NCBI GenBank assembly: GCA_964566225.1
Contig: CAZMHV010000002.1
Span: 81,934-145,933, forward strand
Direction of reading: 5' to 3'
DNA from: an uncultured Gammaproteobacteria bacterium
Lineage (GTDB): Bacteria > Patescibacteriota > Patescibacteriia > Magasanikbacterales > UBA922
DNA length: 64,000 nucleotides
The notes under the pieces are model-generated. The model ran no database searches and was not told the origin of the DNA. It worked only from the letters and a program-made list of their open reading frames with translations. The position numbers and the translations under genes were made by a program. Shown one piece after another: positions 1 through 10,306 of this stretch (position 1 is the first letter of the stretch; every line of letters begins with the position of its first letter).

Positions 1-956
1 TTCGTTTTATTTGTGGCACAGAGTCGCAGCACAAAGTTTTGGAACAAAAAGTGAGTGAGTTTCTTGGTACCGAAGATACCATTTTGTATTCATCATGTTT
101 TGATGCCAATGGGGGATTGTTTGAAACCTTGCTTGGTGAAGAAGATGCTATTATTTCGGATAGTCTGAATCATGCGTCTATTATTGATGGAATTCGTTTG
201 TGCAAAGCAGAACGTCATCGTTATGCAAATAGTGACATGAATGAACTCGAAGAAATTTTGAAAAAAACACAAGAAAAAAGATTTCGCATGATTGCCACCG
301 ATGGTGTGTTCAGTATGGATGGCTCTGTTGCAAAGCTCAAAGAAATTTGTGATTTGGCGGACAAGTATGATGCACTGGTGATGGTAGATGATTCACATGC
401 CTCAGGATTCTTGGGTGAACACGGTCGCGGAAGTGTAGAATACTGTGGAGTAGAAGGACGAGTGGATGTGATTACTTCTACCTTTGGAAAAGCACTGGGC
501 GGTGCGAGTGGTGGATTTACGAGTGGCAAAAAACAAATTATTGATTTTTTGCGTCAACGTTCAAGACCGTACTTATTTTCGAATAGTCTCGCACCAGTCA
601 TTGTTGGAACCACGATTGCTATTTTTGACTCGCTTGCTGCCTCACCAGAAAAAATTACGAGTCTCCAAGAAAATGCAAAATATTTTCGTGAAAAAATGAA
701 ATCACTTGGTTTTGAACTGCGTGGTGTTGATCACCCAATTTCACCCGTGATGCTCTATGACGCAAAAGTGGCAGGAGAAATGGCAGCAAAACTTCTCGAA
801 GAAGGAATTTATGTGATTGGTTTTAGTTATCCTGTGGTGCCCCAGGGGCAAGCTCGAATTCGTGTGCAAATTTCGGCAGCGCATTCACGAGAAGATTTAG
901 ATAAATGTATTGGTGCCTTTGAAAAAATTGGAAGAGAGTTAAAAATAATACAATAA
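1..956 (+). CDS. kbl: Glycine C-acetyltransferase (2-amino-3-ketobutyrate CoA ligase), 5'-truncated by the window edge
   Basis: Frame reads RFICGT from base 3. Class II PLP aminotransferase motifs [57 protein letters not shown]. Confidence 0.9.
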   Translation, partial: RFICGTESQHKVLEQKVSEFLGTEDTILYSSCFDANGGLFETLLGEEDAIISDSLNHASIIDGIRLCKAERHRYANSDMNELEEILKKTQEKRFRMIATDGVFSMDGSVAKLKEICDLADKYDALVMVDDSHASGFLGEHGRGSVEYCGVEGRVDVITSTFGKALGGASGGFTSGKKQIIDFLRQRSRPYLFSNSLAPVIVGTTIAIFDSLAASPEKITSLQENAKYFREKMKSLGFELRGVDHPISPVMLYDAKVAGEMAAKLLEEGIYVIGFSYPVVPQGQARIRVQISAAHSREDLDKCIGAFEKIGRELKIIQ

Positions 957-960
957 TTTT

Positions 961-1620
961 ATGTCTTTGAAAGCTGTTATCTTTGATATGGATGGGGTAC
1001 TTATTGATACGGAGCCTGCTTGGCGAGAAGTTGGAGCCAGAATTTATAGTTCTTATGGGGTTCCAATTGTCGCTGAAGATTGTAAACAGACTACAGGTAT
1101 GAGATTGGACGAAGAAGTTTTATATTGGTATAAAAAATTTCCTTGGCAAGGAAAGAATCTTGTAGACGTGGTACAAGAAGTTCAGAATGCCATGATAGAA
1201 GAGATCACCTATAATTCAAAATCTTTGCCCGGAGCTATGCAGGCACTCGATCAAATAAAGAATATGGGGCTTAAAGTTGGTTTGGCATCTTCTTCTGCAG
1301 AGGTTGTAATTAACACAGTATTAAAAAAGTTACAAAGAGAAAATTTTTTTGACGTGGTTTACTCTGCTGAGTTTGAACCTTATGGGAAGCCTCACCCCGC
1401 AGTATATTTAACTACTGCCCAAAAGTTGGGTGTGGATCCCGAGGACTGTATTGCCATCGAAGATTCGCTGAATGGCACAATAGCAGCAAAAGCTGCGAGG
1501 ATGAAGTGTATTACCGTACCAGATGCAGAGAGACGAAATCGAAAAGAATTCGGTATTGCAGATATGGTATTGGATTCACTGGAAGAGTTCAACCAAAATG
1601 TAATAGATGCACTCACTTAA
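961..1620 (+). CDS. HAD-superfamily phosphatase (HxpB/YniC-like)
   Basis: Motifs FDMDGVLIDTE, GKPHPAVY, EDSLNG. Confidence 0.85.
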   Translation: MSLKAVIFDMDGVLIDTEPAWREVGARIYSSYGVPIVAEDCKQTTGMRLDEEVLYWYKKFPWQGKNLVDVVQEVQNAMIEEITYNSKSLPGAMQALDQIKNMGLKVGLASSSAEVVINTVLKKLQRENFFDVVYSAEFEPYGKPHPAVYLTTAQKLGVDPEDCIAIEDSLNGTIAAKAARMKCITVPDAERRNRKEFGIADMVLDSLEEFNQNVIDALT

Positions 1621-1645
1621 TAAATAAATTTTTGACTTTAATTAT

Positions 1646-3466
1646 ATGTGTGGAATTGTTGGTTACATCGGACAAAAAATGGCAACACCTGTTCTTGTGC
1701 AGGGTCTTCGACGACTTGAGTATCGTGGATATGACAGTGCTGGAGTTGCACTTTTGGAAGAAGGTAATTTGCTTCGTATACGATCGGTTGGAAAGATTGA
1801 TGCTCTTTCAGAAAAAATGAAAGGACAAGAATTTAAATCAACGATTGGAATTGCACACACTCGCTGGGCAACGCACGGAGGAGTCACCGAAGAAAATGCA
1901 CATCCACATGTGGCACTCGATGGCAAACTTGTTTTGGTTCACAATGGAATTGTTGAAAATTACCGTGAGCTTCGTGATCAAATGAAACATATTACTTTTG
2001 TTTCACAAACAGATACCGAAGTACTTGCACATTTGGTTGGGGAACATTATAAAGGGAATTTGCGTGAGGCCGTAGAGGCAGCGCTTGCACATGTGCGTGG
2101 GACTTATGGAATTGTGGTGATGCACATGGATGAACCAAATCATTTGGTAGCTGCACGTATGGGGAGTCCAATTGTGGTTGGAGTCGGTGAAAATGAAAAT
2201 TATATTGCGTCAGATGCAACACCAATTTTGGCATACACCAAAAAAGTTATTTTTCTTGATGACGGAGAAATTGCGGATGTGAGTCGTGATGGAGTTGAAA
2301 TTTTTACTCTCAGTGATGTACATGTAGAAAAACTTGTAGAAGAAATTCAATGGGATGAAGGACAAGCACAATTACAAGGATTTCCACATTTCATGCTCAA
2401 AGAAATTTTTGATCAGCCAACCGTATTCAAAGATGCTATTCGTGGAAGATACAATATTGAAGAAAGTACTGCACACCTTGGTGGTCTCAATATGACGGAG
2501 GAAGAAATGCGTCGTGTGAGTCGTGTTATTTTTATTGCGTGTGGAACTGCTTCGTATGCGGGGATGATTGGTAAATATGCATTTGAAAAACTTGCGGGTA
2601 TTCCTGCAGAACTTGATGTTGCGAGTGAGTTTCGATATCGCGACCCAATTATTGACGAAAATACTTTGGTATTTGCTATTTCACAATCTGGTGAAACAGC
2701 AGATACTCTGGCTGCGGTACGTGAGGCCAAACGCAAAGGTGCGTTTGTACGTGGTATTGTGAATGTGGTTGGTTCAACGATTGCTCGTGAAACAGACGGT
2801 GGCACGTATATTCATGCAGGACCAGAGCTTGCTGTGGCTTCTACCAAGGCATATACAAATATGGTCGCCGTAGCAACACTCTATGCACTGCAATTTGGAC
2901 GTGTGCGAAAATTGTCGGCTGCATCGGGCGAAAAAATTGTGAATGCACTTCGTGAAATTTCAGAAAAAATGGAAGCCGTTTTGAAACAAAATGATGCTAT
3001 TAAAGAGTTAGTACAAAAATACAAAGGATGTTCTGATATGTTGTTTTTGGGTCGTGGTATCAATTATCCTGTGGCTCTTGAAGGATCACTCAAACTCAAA
3101 GAAATTTCATATATCCATGCCGAAGCGTATCCAGGTGGAGAAATGAAGCATGGTCCTATTGCCCTGCTTTCACCAGAATTTCCTGTGTTTGCGGTTATGA
3201 CCAAAAACTCTTTGTATGATAAAATGCGTAGTAATATTGAAGAAGTTCGAGCGCGTGGAGCCAAAGTAATTTTGCTTGCTACTGAAGGAGATGACAAGGC
3301 AAAAGAATTGGCCGAAGATGTGATTTATGTTCCCGAAACCATTGAAGTGCTTGAACCATTGGTAAATACTTTGCCACTTCAAATGTTTGCTTATCACATG
3401 GCAGTTGCACTTGGCAAAGATGTGGATAGACCACGAAATTTGGCCAAGAGTGTGACGGTTGAATAA
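1646..3466 (+). CDS. glmS: Glutamine--fructose-6-phosphate aminotransferase
   Basis: N-terminal MCGIVG, RGYDSAG, HTRWATHG, SQSGETADT, C-terminal PRNLAKSVTVE. Confidence 0.98.
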   Translation: MCGIVGYIGQKMATPVLVQGLRRLEYRGYDSAGVALLEEGNLLRIRSVGKIDALSEKMKGQEFKSTIGIAHTRWATHGGVTEENAHPHVALDGKLVLVHNGIVENYRELRDQMKHITFVSQTDTEVLAHLVGEHYKGNLREAVEAALAHVRGTYGIVVMHMDEPNHLVAARMGSPIVVGVGENENYIASDATPILAYTKKVIFLDDGEIADVSRDGVEIFTLSDVHVEKLVEEIQWDEGQAQLQGFPHFMLKEIFDQPTVFKDAIRGRYNIEESTAHLGGLNMTEEEMRRVSRVIFIACGTASYAGMIGKYAFEKLAGIPAELDVASEFRYRDPIIDENTLVFAISQSGETADTLAAVREAKRKGAFVRGIVNVVGSTIARETDGGTYIHAGPELAVASTKAYTNMVAVATLYALQFGRVRKLSAASGEKIVNALREISEKMEAVLKQNDAIKELVQKYKGCSDMLFLGRGINYPVALEGSLKLKEISYIHAEAYPGGEMKHGPIALLSPEFPVFAVMTKNSLYDKMRSNIEEVRARGAKVILLATEGDDKAKELAEDVIYVPETIEVLEPLVNTLPLQMFAYHMAVALGKDVDRPRNLAKSVTVE

Positions 3467-3499
3467 TCCTTTTGTTATCGCGGTAAAACTTTTTTTAGT

Positions 3500-4468
3500 A
3501 TGAAAAAAATAGTCACAATTGGTGGAGGTGGAGGACACAGCGCTATTGTCCAAGCTTTGAAAGATTTACCCATTGATCTGACTGTTTTGTGTAATACGGT
3601 TGATGATGGAGGTGGAAGTGGAATTTTGGTGCATCAATATGGTGTTCATTCACCTGGAGATTTTCGTCGTGTGGTGACAAGCCTGGCACAAAAAAATGCC
3701 GATGGGTTGAATTATAGATTTGACTCTGGCGTCAATCAAGGTCAGACCGTATTCAATTTGATGCTTGCAGGTCTTGAACTTTCAACTGGTTCTGTGCAGG
3801 GAGCAATTGATACCGTGCGTGATTGGTTTGGAATTGTGCCAATGATTGCGCCTATTACCGAGGGTGTTCCTGTACTCCATGCCAAAACAGTTTCCGGCAA
3901 AGAAATTGTCGGACAATCGAATGTCGTAAAGCATGTGTGGTCACAGCAAGATCCAATTGAACAAATTTTTCTTGAACCCAAAGAAATAAAATTGAGTGAT
4001 GTTGCTCGCACTGCTTTGCATGAAGCAGATTATATTGTTGTATGTATGGGAGATTTGTATAGTAGCATTGCACCTTTTTTTGCCATTGAAGAAGTCAAAC
4101 AAATGTGGTCGAAACTAAGTGCCAAGGTTATTTGGCTTCCAAACGTGGCAGTAACTCCAGGACATGTGCATTATAAAAGTACCTCCCGTGCTCTCAAGTT
4201 TTTGCAATCACTGTCTCCACTTTTTATTCCTGATATGGTTGTAACACATGCCGGTGAAATTTCTGCAGATATAAAAAATGCATTGCAACAAAAAGGGTAT
4301 GGAGTTTCTGAACAAGATATTGTTTCAACTGAACAAACACAGGTTGTTGCAGAACCTTTGATAGAGTCACAAGGTATTGTAAATTCACATGCGGACAACA
4401 TTGAACGCAGCCCAATTTTATATAATATTTCACTCCTGAAAAATATTTTTGAAAAAATAATTGTATGA
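3500..4468 (+). CDS. YvcK/GlmR (UPF0052, CofD-like) family protein
   Basis: IGGGGGH, TVDDGGGSG, PGDFRR, GDLYSSI motifs. Confidence 0.8.
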   Translation: MKKIVTIGGGGGHSAIVQALKDLPIDLTVLCNTVDDGGGSGILVHQYGVHSPGDFRRVVTSLAQKNADGLNYRFDSGVNQGQTVFNLMLAGLELSTGSVQGAIDTVRDWFGIVPMIAPITEGVPVLHAKTVSGKEIVGQSNVVKHVWSQQDPIEQIFLEPKEIKLSDVARTALHEADYIVVCMGDLYSSIAPFFAIEEVKQMWSKLSAKVIWLPNVAVTPGHVHYKSTSRALKFLQSLSPLFIPDMVVTHAGEISADIKNALQQKGYGVSEQDIVSTEQTQVVAEPLIESQGIVNSHADNIERSPILYNISLLKNIFEKIIV

Positions 4469-4950
4469 TAAGACGAGCTACGTCACAAGATATTCAAGCT
4501 ATTGCTGACCTCGATAGACTCGGATTTAGTGGTAATCGTCCACCCGGTGTTGCCGAAAAGTGGATTGGCACAAATTTTGCACGAGGTGATCAGTACCAGT
4601 ACTTTGTGTTTGAAAAGGATGGTATGATAGCAGGGTTTATTGCCTGGGAAATAAAAAATGGTTTTGCCCGTGAAGTCCCAATTATTGAACTTGAAAAATT
4701 TGCGGTACATCCAGATTTTCGCGGGCAGGGCATTGGCACAGCGCTCATTGATGAAACTTTTCCTGTCATGAAAGAGTGGATTCACACTTTTTTACCAGAG
4801 GCCAAAGAAATGAGAGTCATTGTCTGGTGTTTGAAAGGAAATGACAAGGCTCTTGAACTGTATAAAAAGATCTGTGGTGATGGTGTGAAAGGTGAAAGAA
4901 GTATTTTTTCAAGTGATGAAGTACTGCTTCGTGGGACATATACTTTATAA
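4465..4950 (+). CDS. GNAT family N-acetyltransferase
   Basis: AVHPDFRGQGIGTAL acetyl-CoA motif A; N..A..LY.K motif. Confidence 0.85.
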   Translation: MIRRATSQDIQAIADLDRLGFSGNRPPGVAEKWIGTNFARGDQYQYFVFEKDGMIAGFIAWEIKNGFAREVPIIELEKFAVHPDFRGQGIGTALIDETFPVMKEWIHTFLPEAKEMRVIVWCLKGNDKALELYKKICGDGVKGERSIFSSDEVLLRGTYTL

Positions 4951-4993
4951 CAAAAATTGATTATACTAGAGAAATAAATTTTGAGTGTTTTTT

Positions 4994-5875
4994 ATGGAAT
5001 TAAAAATTGTCGCAACGCATCCATCTTTAGATTACGAACTCATTGATTCTGGTGATGGAGAAAAACTTGAACGATACGGAAAATATACATTTCGTCGTCC
5101 AGACCCACAAGCACTGTGGGCAAAAAATGTATCAGCCAAACAATGGAATGAGGCACATTTTTCTTTTCGTCGAGATGGTAAAAAAGGTGATTGGATTGTA
5201 GCGTCTGGTGTAGAAGAACGTTGGCAAATTGCTTTTGGAACATTGAAATTTTGGATTCGTCCAACAGCTTTTAAACATACTGGATTATTTCCTGAACAGT
5301 TGCCAAATTGGGAATGGATGCAAAACGTTATTCGTGCCTCAGACAAAAAAGAAATAAAAGTATTAAATTTGTTTGGTTACACCGGTGGAGCTTCACTTGC
5401 GTGTGCTCAGGCAGGAGCCTCTGTGGTGCATGTGGATGGTTCCAAGGTTGCTATTGGTTGGGGTAAGGACAATGCCGCACTTTCTGGTCTTTCAGAAAAA
5501 CCAATTCGTTGGATACTCGATGATGCTCGTGAATTTGTGCGACGTGAAATTAAACGGGGCAATAAATATGATGGCATTATTCTTGATCCACCAGCTTTTG
5601 GTCATGGGCCAAATAAAGAATTGTGGAAAATTGAAGAACATCTCCCAGAGCTCTTAAAAATGTGTGGTGAAATTTTGTCCGATCAACCTTTGTTTTTTTT
5701 GATTAACGGATACGCCTCTGGATATTCTGCAATTGCTTATGAAAATAATCTTACACCAATGCTTACCAAATTTGGTGGTGATTTTGAAAAAGGTGAACTG
5801 ACTATTGAAGAATCACAAACAGGTAGACTCTTACCATGTGGAATTTTTGCACGATGGAGTAATTCAACTCTATAA
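4994..5875 (+). CDS. Class I SAM-dependent methyltransferase (RlmI/RlmK-like)
   Basis: YELIDSGDGEKLERYG, HTGLFPEQ, VLNLFGYTGG, IILDPPAFG. Confidence 0.8.
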   Translation: MELKIVATHPSLDYELIDSGDGEKLERYGKYTFRRPDPQALWAKNVSAKQWNEAHFSFRRDGKKGDWIVASGVEERWQIAFGTLKFWIRPTAFKHTGLFPEQLPNWEWMQNVIRASDKKEIKVLNLFGYTGGASLACAQAGASVVHVDGSKVAIGWGKDNAALSGLSEKPIRWILDDAREFVRREIKRGNKYDGIILDPPAFGHGPNKELWKIEEHLPELLKMCGEILSDQPLFFLINGYASGYSAIAYENNLTPMLTKFGGDFEKGELTIEESQTGRLLPCGIFARWSNSTL

Positions 5876-5909
5876 TTATTTTTTATACATAAAGTATAAG
5901 TGTGCTCTT

Positions 5910-6473
5910 ATGAAGAAATCTTTATTGGTTTTGGGTGTTGGAACAATTTTTTTGACAGGTTGTTCCTCGGTAACTCCTATAAAAGAAGTCTCAATGCCAG
6001 TTCAACCACCACAAGAACAAAAACGTATTGAACAAAAAGTAATAACGACAAATTCTATGGAAAATAATATTCAAAATATTGATGCACTCGTTGCTGCAAA
6101 AGAGTTGTATACATACGAGCTTCCTATTGCCAATAGTGTTATCACCAAACGTGAAGTTTCTGGATATCTTGATGCAGAAAAAACTGGAAAAATTTCTAAA
6201 GTTGAAATTGGTATGGGTGAAGTAAAAGATGAATACTATTTTGAAAAAGGTACTTTGGTTTTTCTCCGTACTACTACACAATTTACGGTAGATGGAAAAG
6301 CTGATACTCAAATTCGTGAGATGAGTTTTGAAAATGGAAAAATGGTAAAGCATATGAAAAATGCTCAGGTAGTTACCGATACAAGTAATAACGCATCACT
6401 CGAAGAACAAAGTATTACCGATGCTGCAACACTCTTTGAAGAATTTGAAATGAAAAAAGAATTGAATGGTTAA
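5910..6473 (+). CDS. Putative lipoprotein, unknown function
   Basis: ATG at 5910 gives MKKSLLVLGVGTIFLTGC, a signal peptide with a lipobox. Confidence 0.65.
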   Translation: MKKSLLVLGVGTIFLTGCSSVTPIKEVSMPVQPPQEQKRIEQKVITTNSMENNIQNIDALVAAKELYTYELPIANSVITKREVSGYLDAEKTGKISKVEIGMGEVKDEYYFEKGTLVFLRTTTQFTVDGKADTQIREMSFENGKMVKHMKNAQVVTDTSNNASLEEQSITDAATLFEEFEMKKELNG

Positions 6474-6474
6474 T

Positions 6475-7152
6475 ATGGATTTGCGAGTACTCTACGAAGA
6501 TAATCATATTATTGCTGTGTATAAACCCTCTGGCATGCTCGTGCAGGGGGATCATTCTGGCGACTCAACACTTATGGATGAGGTGAAGTATTATCTCAAA
6601 CAAAAGTATGACAAGCCAGGCAATGTATTTCTCGGCATGGTACACCGCCTTGATCGTCCGGTCAGTGGTATTGTTTTGTTTGCCAAGACGAGCAAGGGGG
6701 CATCGAGACTCTCAGAACAGTTTCGCACACACAGCATTCAAAAAATCTATCATGCACTGGTTTTGGGTACTCCAAAATTGCCCACAGGAACCCTCATAAA
6801 TTACCTCAAAAAGGATGCTGACAAAAATTTTGTACGGGTGTATGATACTCCTACTCCAGATGCGCTCCGGGCTGAGCTGGATTATGAAGTGGTTTCGTCT
6901 CATGGTGGTAGATCGATCTTGAAAGTTGTTCTCAAAACTGGTCGTCCTCACCAAATTCGTTCGCAGCTTGCCCATATTGGGTGTCCTATTGTGGGTGACG
7001 TAAAATATGGTGCTCCAGAAGAACGGGAAGTAACATCACATGGTGAAAAGCATAGTAGTATTTCACTGTGTGCTACCTCGGTTATGTTTAAATTGGCTAC
7101 CCAAGAAGAATATAAATGTATTGAAATTCCCATTCCATCGGAGTGGGGCTAA
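6475..7152 (+). CDS. RluA-family RNA pseudouridine synthase
   Basis: KPSGMLVQ, HRLDRPVSG, TGRPHQIR, PIVGDVKYG. Confidence 0.92.
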   Translation: MDLRVLYEDNHIIAVYKPSGMLVQGDHSGDSTLMDEVKYYLKQKYDKPGNVFLGMVHRLDRPVSGIVLFAKTSKGASRLSEQFRTHSIQKIYHALVLGTPKLPTGTLINYLKKDADKNFVRVYDTPTPDALRAELDYEVVSSHGGRSILKVVLKTGRPHQIRSQLAHIGCPIVGDVKYGAPEEREVTSHGEKHSSISLCATSVMFKLATQEEYKCIEIPIPSEWG

Positions 7153-7167
7153 CAATTATAGGAGAGT

Positions 7168-7641
7168 ATGTATGTTTCCTCAAAGTTGCGTTTGATGGAA
7201 GAGAATGGTTTTCGTTCTTTAATCTCAGACGGAATTTTTGAATCAAATGAAATAATTTTGAATTTTGAACGAAATTTTGTTGCTGTTCCAGATACTGTGA
7301 CCTTACAAATTGGTGAGAATATGCACCAATTGAGTAGAGATAAAAATGCTTTTGAAAATTTTGTGAATCATAGTTGTGAGCCTACGGCATATATTGATTT
7401 TCAGAATCTTTCTTTGAAAGCCTTCCGAAAAATTGAAATCGGTGAGGTGATAACTTATAATTATTTTACGACAGATTATCATTCAAAAGACATTTTTAAC
7501 TGCAACTGTAGGTCAAAAAAATGTAAAAAAGTTATTAATGGTTTTATGAATCTATCGTATCAAGAAATGCAAGCACTCGAACCATATCTTTCTCCTTTTT
7601 TGAAACAAAAAATGAAAGAGTTGGTATATGCACGAGTATAA
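7168..7641 (+). CDS. SET-domain lysine methyltransferase with post-SET Cys motif
   Basis: FVNHSCEP, GEVITYNY, post-SET CNCRSKKC. Confidence 0.85.
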   Translation: MYVSSKLRLMEENGFRSLISDGIFESNEIILNFERNFVAVPDTVTLQIGENMHQLSRDKNAFENFVNHSCEPTAYIDFQNLSLKAFRKIEIGEVITYNYFTTDYHSKDIFNCNCRSKKCKKVINGFMNLSYQEMQALEPYLSPFLKQKMKELVYARV

Positions 7642-7671
7642 AATTCTATTTTGTAATTGTATTGACATGTT

Positions 7672-8862
7672 ATGAACTTGTACGAATTTGAAGGAAAAAA
7701 TATTTTTGAAAAATATGGAATAAAAATTCCACGTGGTGTGGTGGTGCGCCGCGATGATAATTTTATTGCCAAATATAGTGAACTTGGACTCACTGATGTT
7801 GTTGTGAAAGCACAAGTTCTTTCTGGAAAGCGTGGCAAGGGCGGGGGAATTAAGTTTGCTTCATCAGACGAAGAAGTACAAAAGGCCTGTGCTGAAATTT
7901 TTGCCATGGAAATTCGAGGGCAGTATGTGGCGGCTATTCGTATTGAAGAAAAATTATCAATTGCGGAAGAACACTATCTTTCTATTACGTACGATACAAA
8001 TCGTAAACAGCCAGTTTTGATTTACAGTCGTGATGGGGGAATGGATATTGAAGATGTCCCTGAAGAAAAAATTGTAAAACAAAATTTGGATATTCAAAAA
8101 GAAATGATTGAAAGTGAAATTCCTTTTGCACAAAATTTGTGGAATTGTTTTTTGAAAGAAGATACACGGGTGGTGGAAATTAATCCACTCGTGAAAACAA
8201 CTTCGGGTGAGTGGATCGCCGCAGATGCCAAAATTGCGATCGATGATGATGCATTTTACAGGCATGAAGACTGGAAAGCTTTGGAGCCTCGTACTATGAT
8301 GGGACGACTCCCAACTGATCGTGAAAATGATGCCAAAAAAATTGATGAAGGGGAAGCGTATTATCGTGGAACCGCAGGAAAATATATTGAAATGGATGGC
8401 AATATCGCTATTCTCTTTTCTGGTGGTGGTGCGAGTATTGCCAATATGGATGCCCTCATGAAAGCCGGTCTTACCCCTGCCAATTACACAGAATATTCAG
8501 GAAATCCTCCTCGTGAAAAAGTCCATGCACTTGCCAAGGTGGTTCTGAGTAAACCAGGTCTTCAGGGCCTGTGGATTGCCGGAGGTGTGGCAAATTTTAC
8601 CAATGTATCAGAAACCTTTCATGGAATTGTTGATGCACTTGATGAATTGAAACCAACCTATCCAATTGTGGTGCGACGTGCAGGACCATTTGAAAAAGAG
8701 GGAATGGAATTGATGAAAGAATGTGCAAAAAGAAATAATTTACACATGAAATTTTTTGGGAAAGAAACGTCAATGAGTGATACTGCTGAAATTTTGGCAA
8801 AAGCAGTAAAAGAAAGTATTCCTTTTGAACAATCCGATGAATGGCCTATTTATTGGCCATAA
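7672..8862 (+). CDS. aclB: ATP-citrate lyase beta / citryl-CoA synthetase large subunit (ATP-grasp)
   Basis: SucC-like N-terminus (LYEFEGK, VVKAQV, KRGKGGGI, EINPL). ACL citrate-binding signatures GGGAS, ANYTEYSGNP, GGVANFTNV, VVRRAGP. Confidence 0.85.
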   Translation: MNLYEFEGKNIFEKYGIKIPRGVVVRRDDNFIAKYSELGLTDVVVKAQVLSGKRGKGGGIKFASSDEEVQKACAEIFAMEIRGQYVAAIRIEEKLSIAEEHYLSITYDTNRKQPVLIYSRDGGMDIEDVPEEKIVKQNLDIQKEMIESEIPFAQNLWNCFLKEDTRVVEINPLVKTTSGEWIAADAKIAIDDDAFYRHEDWKALEPRTMMGRLPTDRENDAKKIDEGEAYYRGTAGKYIEMDGNIAILFSGGGASIANMDALMKAGLTPANYTEYSGNPPREKVHALAKVVLSKPGLQGLWIAGGVANFTNVSETFHGIVDALDELKPTYPIVVRRAGPFEKEGMELMKECAKRNNLHMKFFGKETSMSDTAEILAKAVKESIPFEQSDEWPIYWP

Positions 8863-8880
8863 TTGTAATAAATTTGTTGT

Positions 8881-9396
8881 ATGAAAAAATATTTTCTTAT
8901 TCTTTTGTTTTTTGTGGGAGTGACACTGAGTATATTTTTTGGTGTTCGTTTTCAAAAAGAAAATGCTGTTACACGCGTAGAAAATCAAGAACTCTTTGAA
9001 CAAATTTTGATGAATCCTTTTGCCGGAGGAGTAAGTGATATTCAAGGATTTAAAAACCAAAAAGGAAAGTCTGATACATATTTTAAATTTCGTGTTACGA
9101 ATGAACAAAAAGAAGTATTGTTGAAGCTGCATGAATATAAAAAAATCGACTGTACCAATGAAGCCGTGTTGTCAAAGTTGCTTGCACCAGAAAAAACAAA
9201 AAACATTGTAGAAGGATCAACTTCTTTTTGGAATGTAAGTGAAGTTGAAAATAAAGTTTGTTATGCAACTTTTTTGTTCACTGCATCTGGAATTGAAGGA
9301 AGGTTGTATTCAAATAATTTGAGACAACGCGCACAAAGTGAGATGGTAATTGACGAAAAAAATAACGTGGTGTATTTTCATGAATCAGGAATATAA
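8881..9396 (+). CDS. Hypothetical protein with N-terminal membrane anchor/signal
   Basis: 171-aa ORF starting MKKYFLILLFFVGVTLSIFFG. No family recognised. Confidence 0.6.
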   Translation: MKKYFLILLFFVGVTLSIFFGVRFQKENAVTRVENQELFEQILMNPFAGGVSDIQGFKNQKGKSDTYFKFRVTNEQKEVLLKLHEYKKIDCTNEAVLSKLLAPEKTKNIVEGSTSFWNVSEVENKVCYATFLFTASGIEGRLYSNNLRQRAQSEMVIDEKNNVVYFHESGI

Positions 9397-9405
9397 AAAT
9401 TTTGT

Positions 9406-10302
9406 ATGTCTATTTTGCTCCAACCCAATACACAAGTACTTATCCAGGGGATGACTGGTAAAGAAGGTCAAAAAGCAGCGAAAGCTATGCTGGATTATGG
9501 CACACAAGTAGTATGTGGTGTCACTCCCAATAAAGGTGGACAAGAAGTCGAAGGAAGGCCTATTTTTAACTCTGTGGGTGAGGCAAAAGCTCAATTTCCA
9601 GAATTATCTGTGTCTGCCGTATATGTGCCTCCCTTTGCTGCCAAGGCTGCAATTTTGGAAGCCATTGAAAATGATATAAAACTTATCAATATTATTGTTG
9701 AGCGGATTCCTATCCAAGATACGGCGTACTGTTTGGCGGCGGCACGTGAACGTGGTGTACAAATTTTAGGACCAAGTTCACTTGGGTTTATGATTCCGGG
9801 GGTAGGCCGCATTGGTGTCGTCGGTGGACCACTTGAATTGGCCAATCAAGTATTTCAATCTGGGAGCATTGGTGTCATTTCTCGCTCTGGTGGCATGACC
9901 AATGAAATTTCTTGGCAAATTCGCAAAGCAGGCATGGGCCAAAGTGCTGCCGTGCATGTGGGAGGGGACTTACTCATGGGAACCACTTATGCAGATTTAC
10001 TTCGTTTATTTGAAAAAGATGATGCCACGAAAGGTGTTGTGCTTTTTGGTGAACATGGGGGAAGTTATGAATTTGAAATTGTAGAAGCGATTCAAAAGAA
10101 AGAATATACGAAGCCACTTGCGATTTATATTGGTGGCAAGTTTGCCAACTCTTTGCCCGAGGGTATGAATATTGGTCATGCTGGAGCGATTGTGGAGCGG
10201 GGCAAGGGTGCTGCAGAAAAAGAGAAGGCGCTCAGTGATGTTGGTGTTATGATTGCAGAGCGATATGAAGATTTAGTTACTTTAATTCAACCCTTTGCTT
10301 AA
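9406..10302 (+). CDS. CoA-binding SucD-like subunit (citryl-CoA synthetase small subunit / N-terminal half of AclA)
   Basis: IQGMTGKEG, GVTPNKGG, SRSGGMTNE, phospho-His motif GHAGA. Flanked by aclB and a citryl-CoA lyase. Confidence 0.85.
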   Translation: MSILLQPNTQVLIQGMTGKEGQKAAKAMLDYGTQVVCGVTPNKGGQEVEGRPIFNSVGEAKAQFPELSVSAVYVPPFAAKAAILEAIENDIKLINIIVERIPIQDTAYCLAAARERGVQILGPSSLGFMIPGVGRIGVVGGPLELANQVFQSGSIGVISRSGGMTNEISWQIRKAGMGQSAAVHVGGDLLMGTTYADLLRLFEKDDATKGVVLFGEHGGSYEFEIVEAIQKKEYTKPLAIYIGGKFANSLPEGMNIGHAGAIVERGKGAAEKEKALSDVGVMIAERYEDLVTLIQPFA

Positions 10303-10306
10303 TTGT

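Noticed and set aside
1621-1645. glmS ribozyme
   Set aside because: Only 25 AT-rich nt separate the HAD gene from glmS.
7672-10302. Ordinary succinyl-CoA synthetase sucCD
   Set aside because: The beta subunit has ACL-specific motifs (GGGAS, NY.EYSG.P, GG.ANFT) and a citryl-CoA lyase follows.
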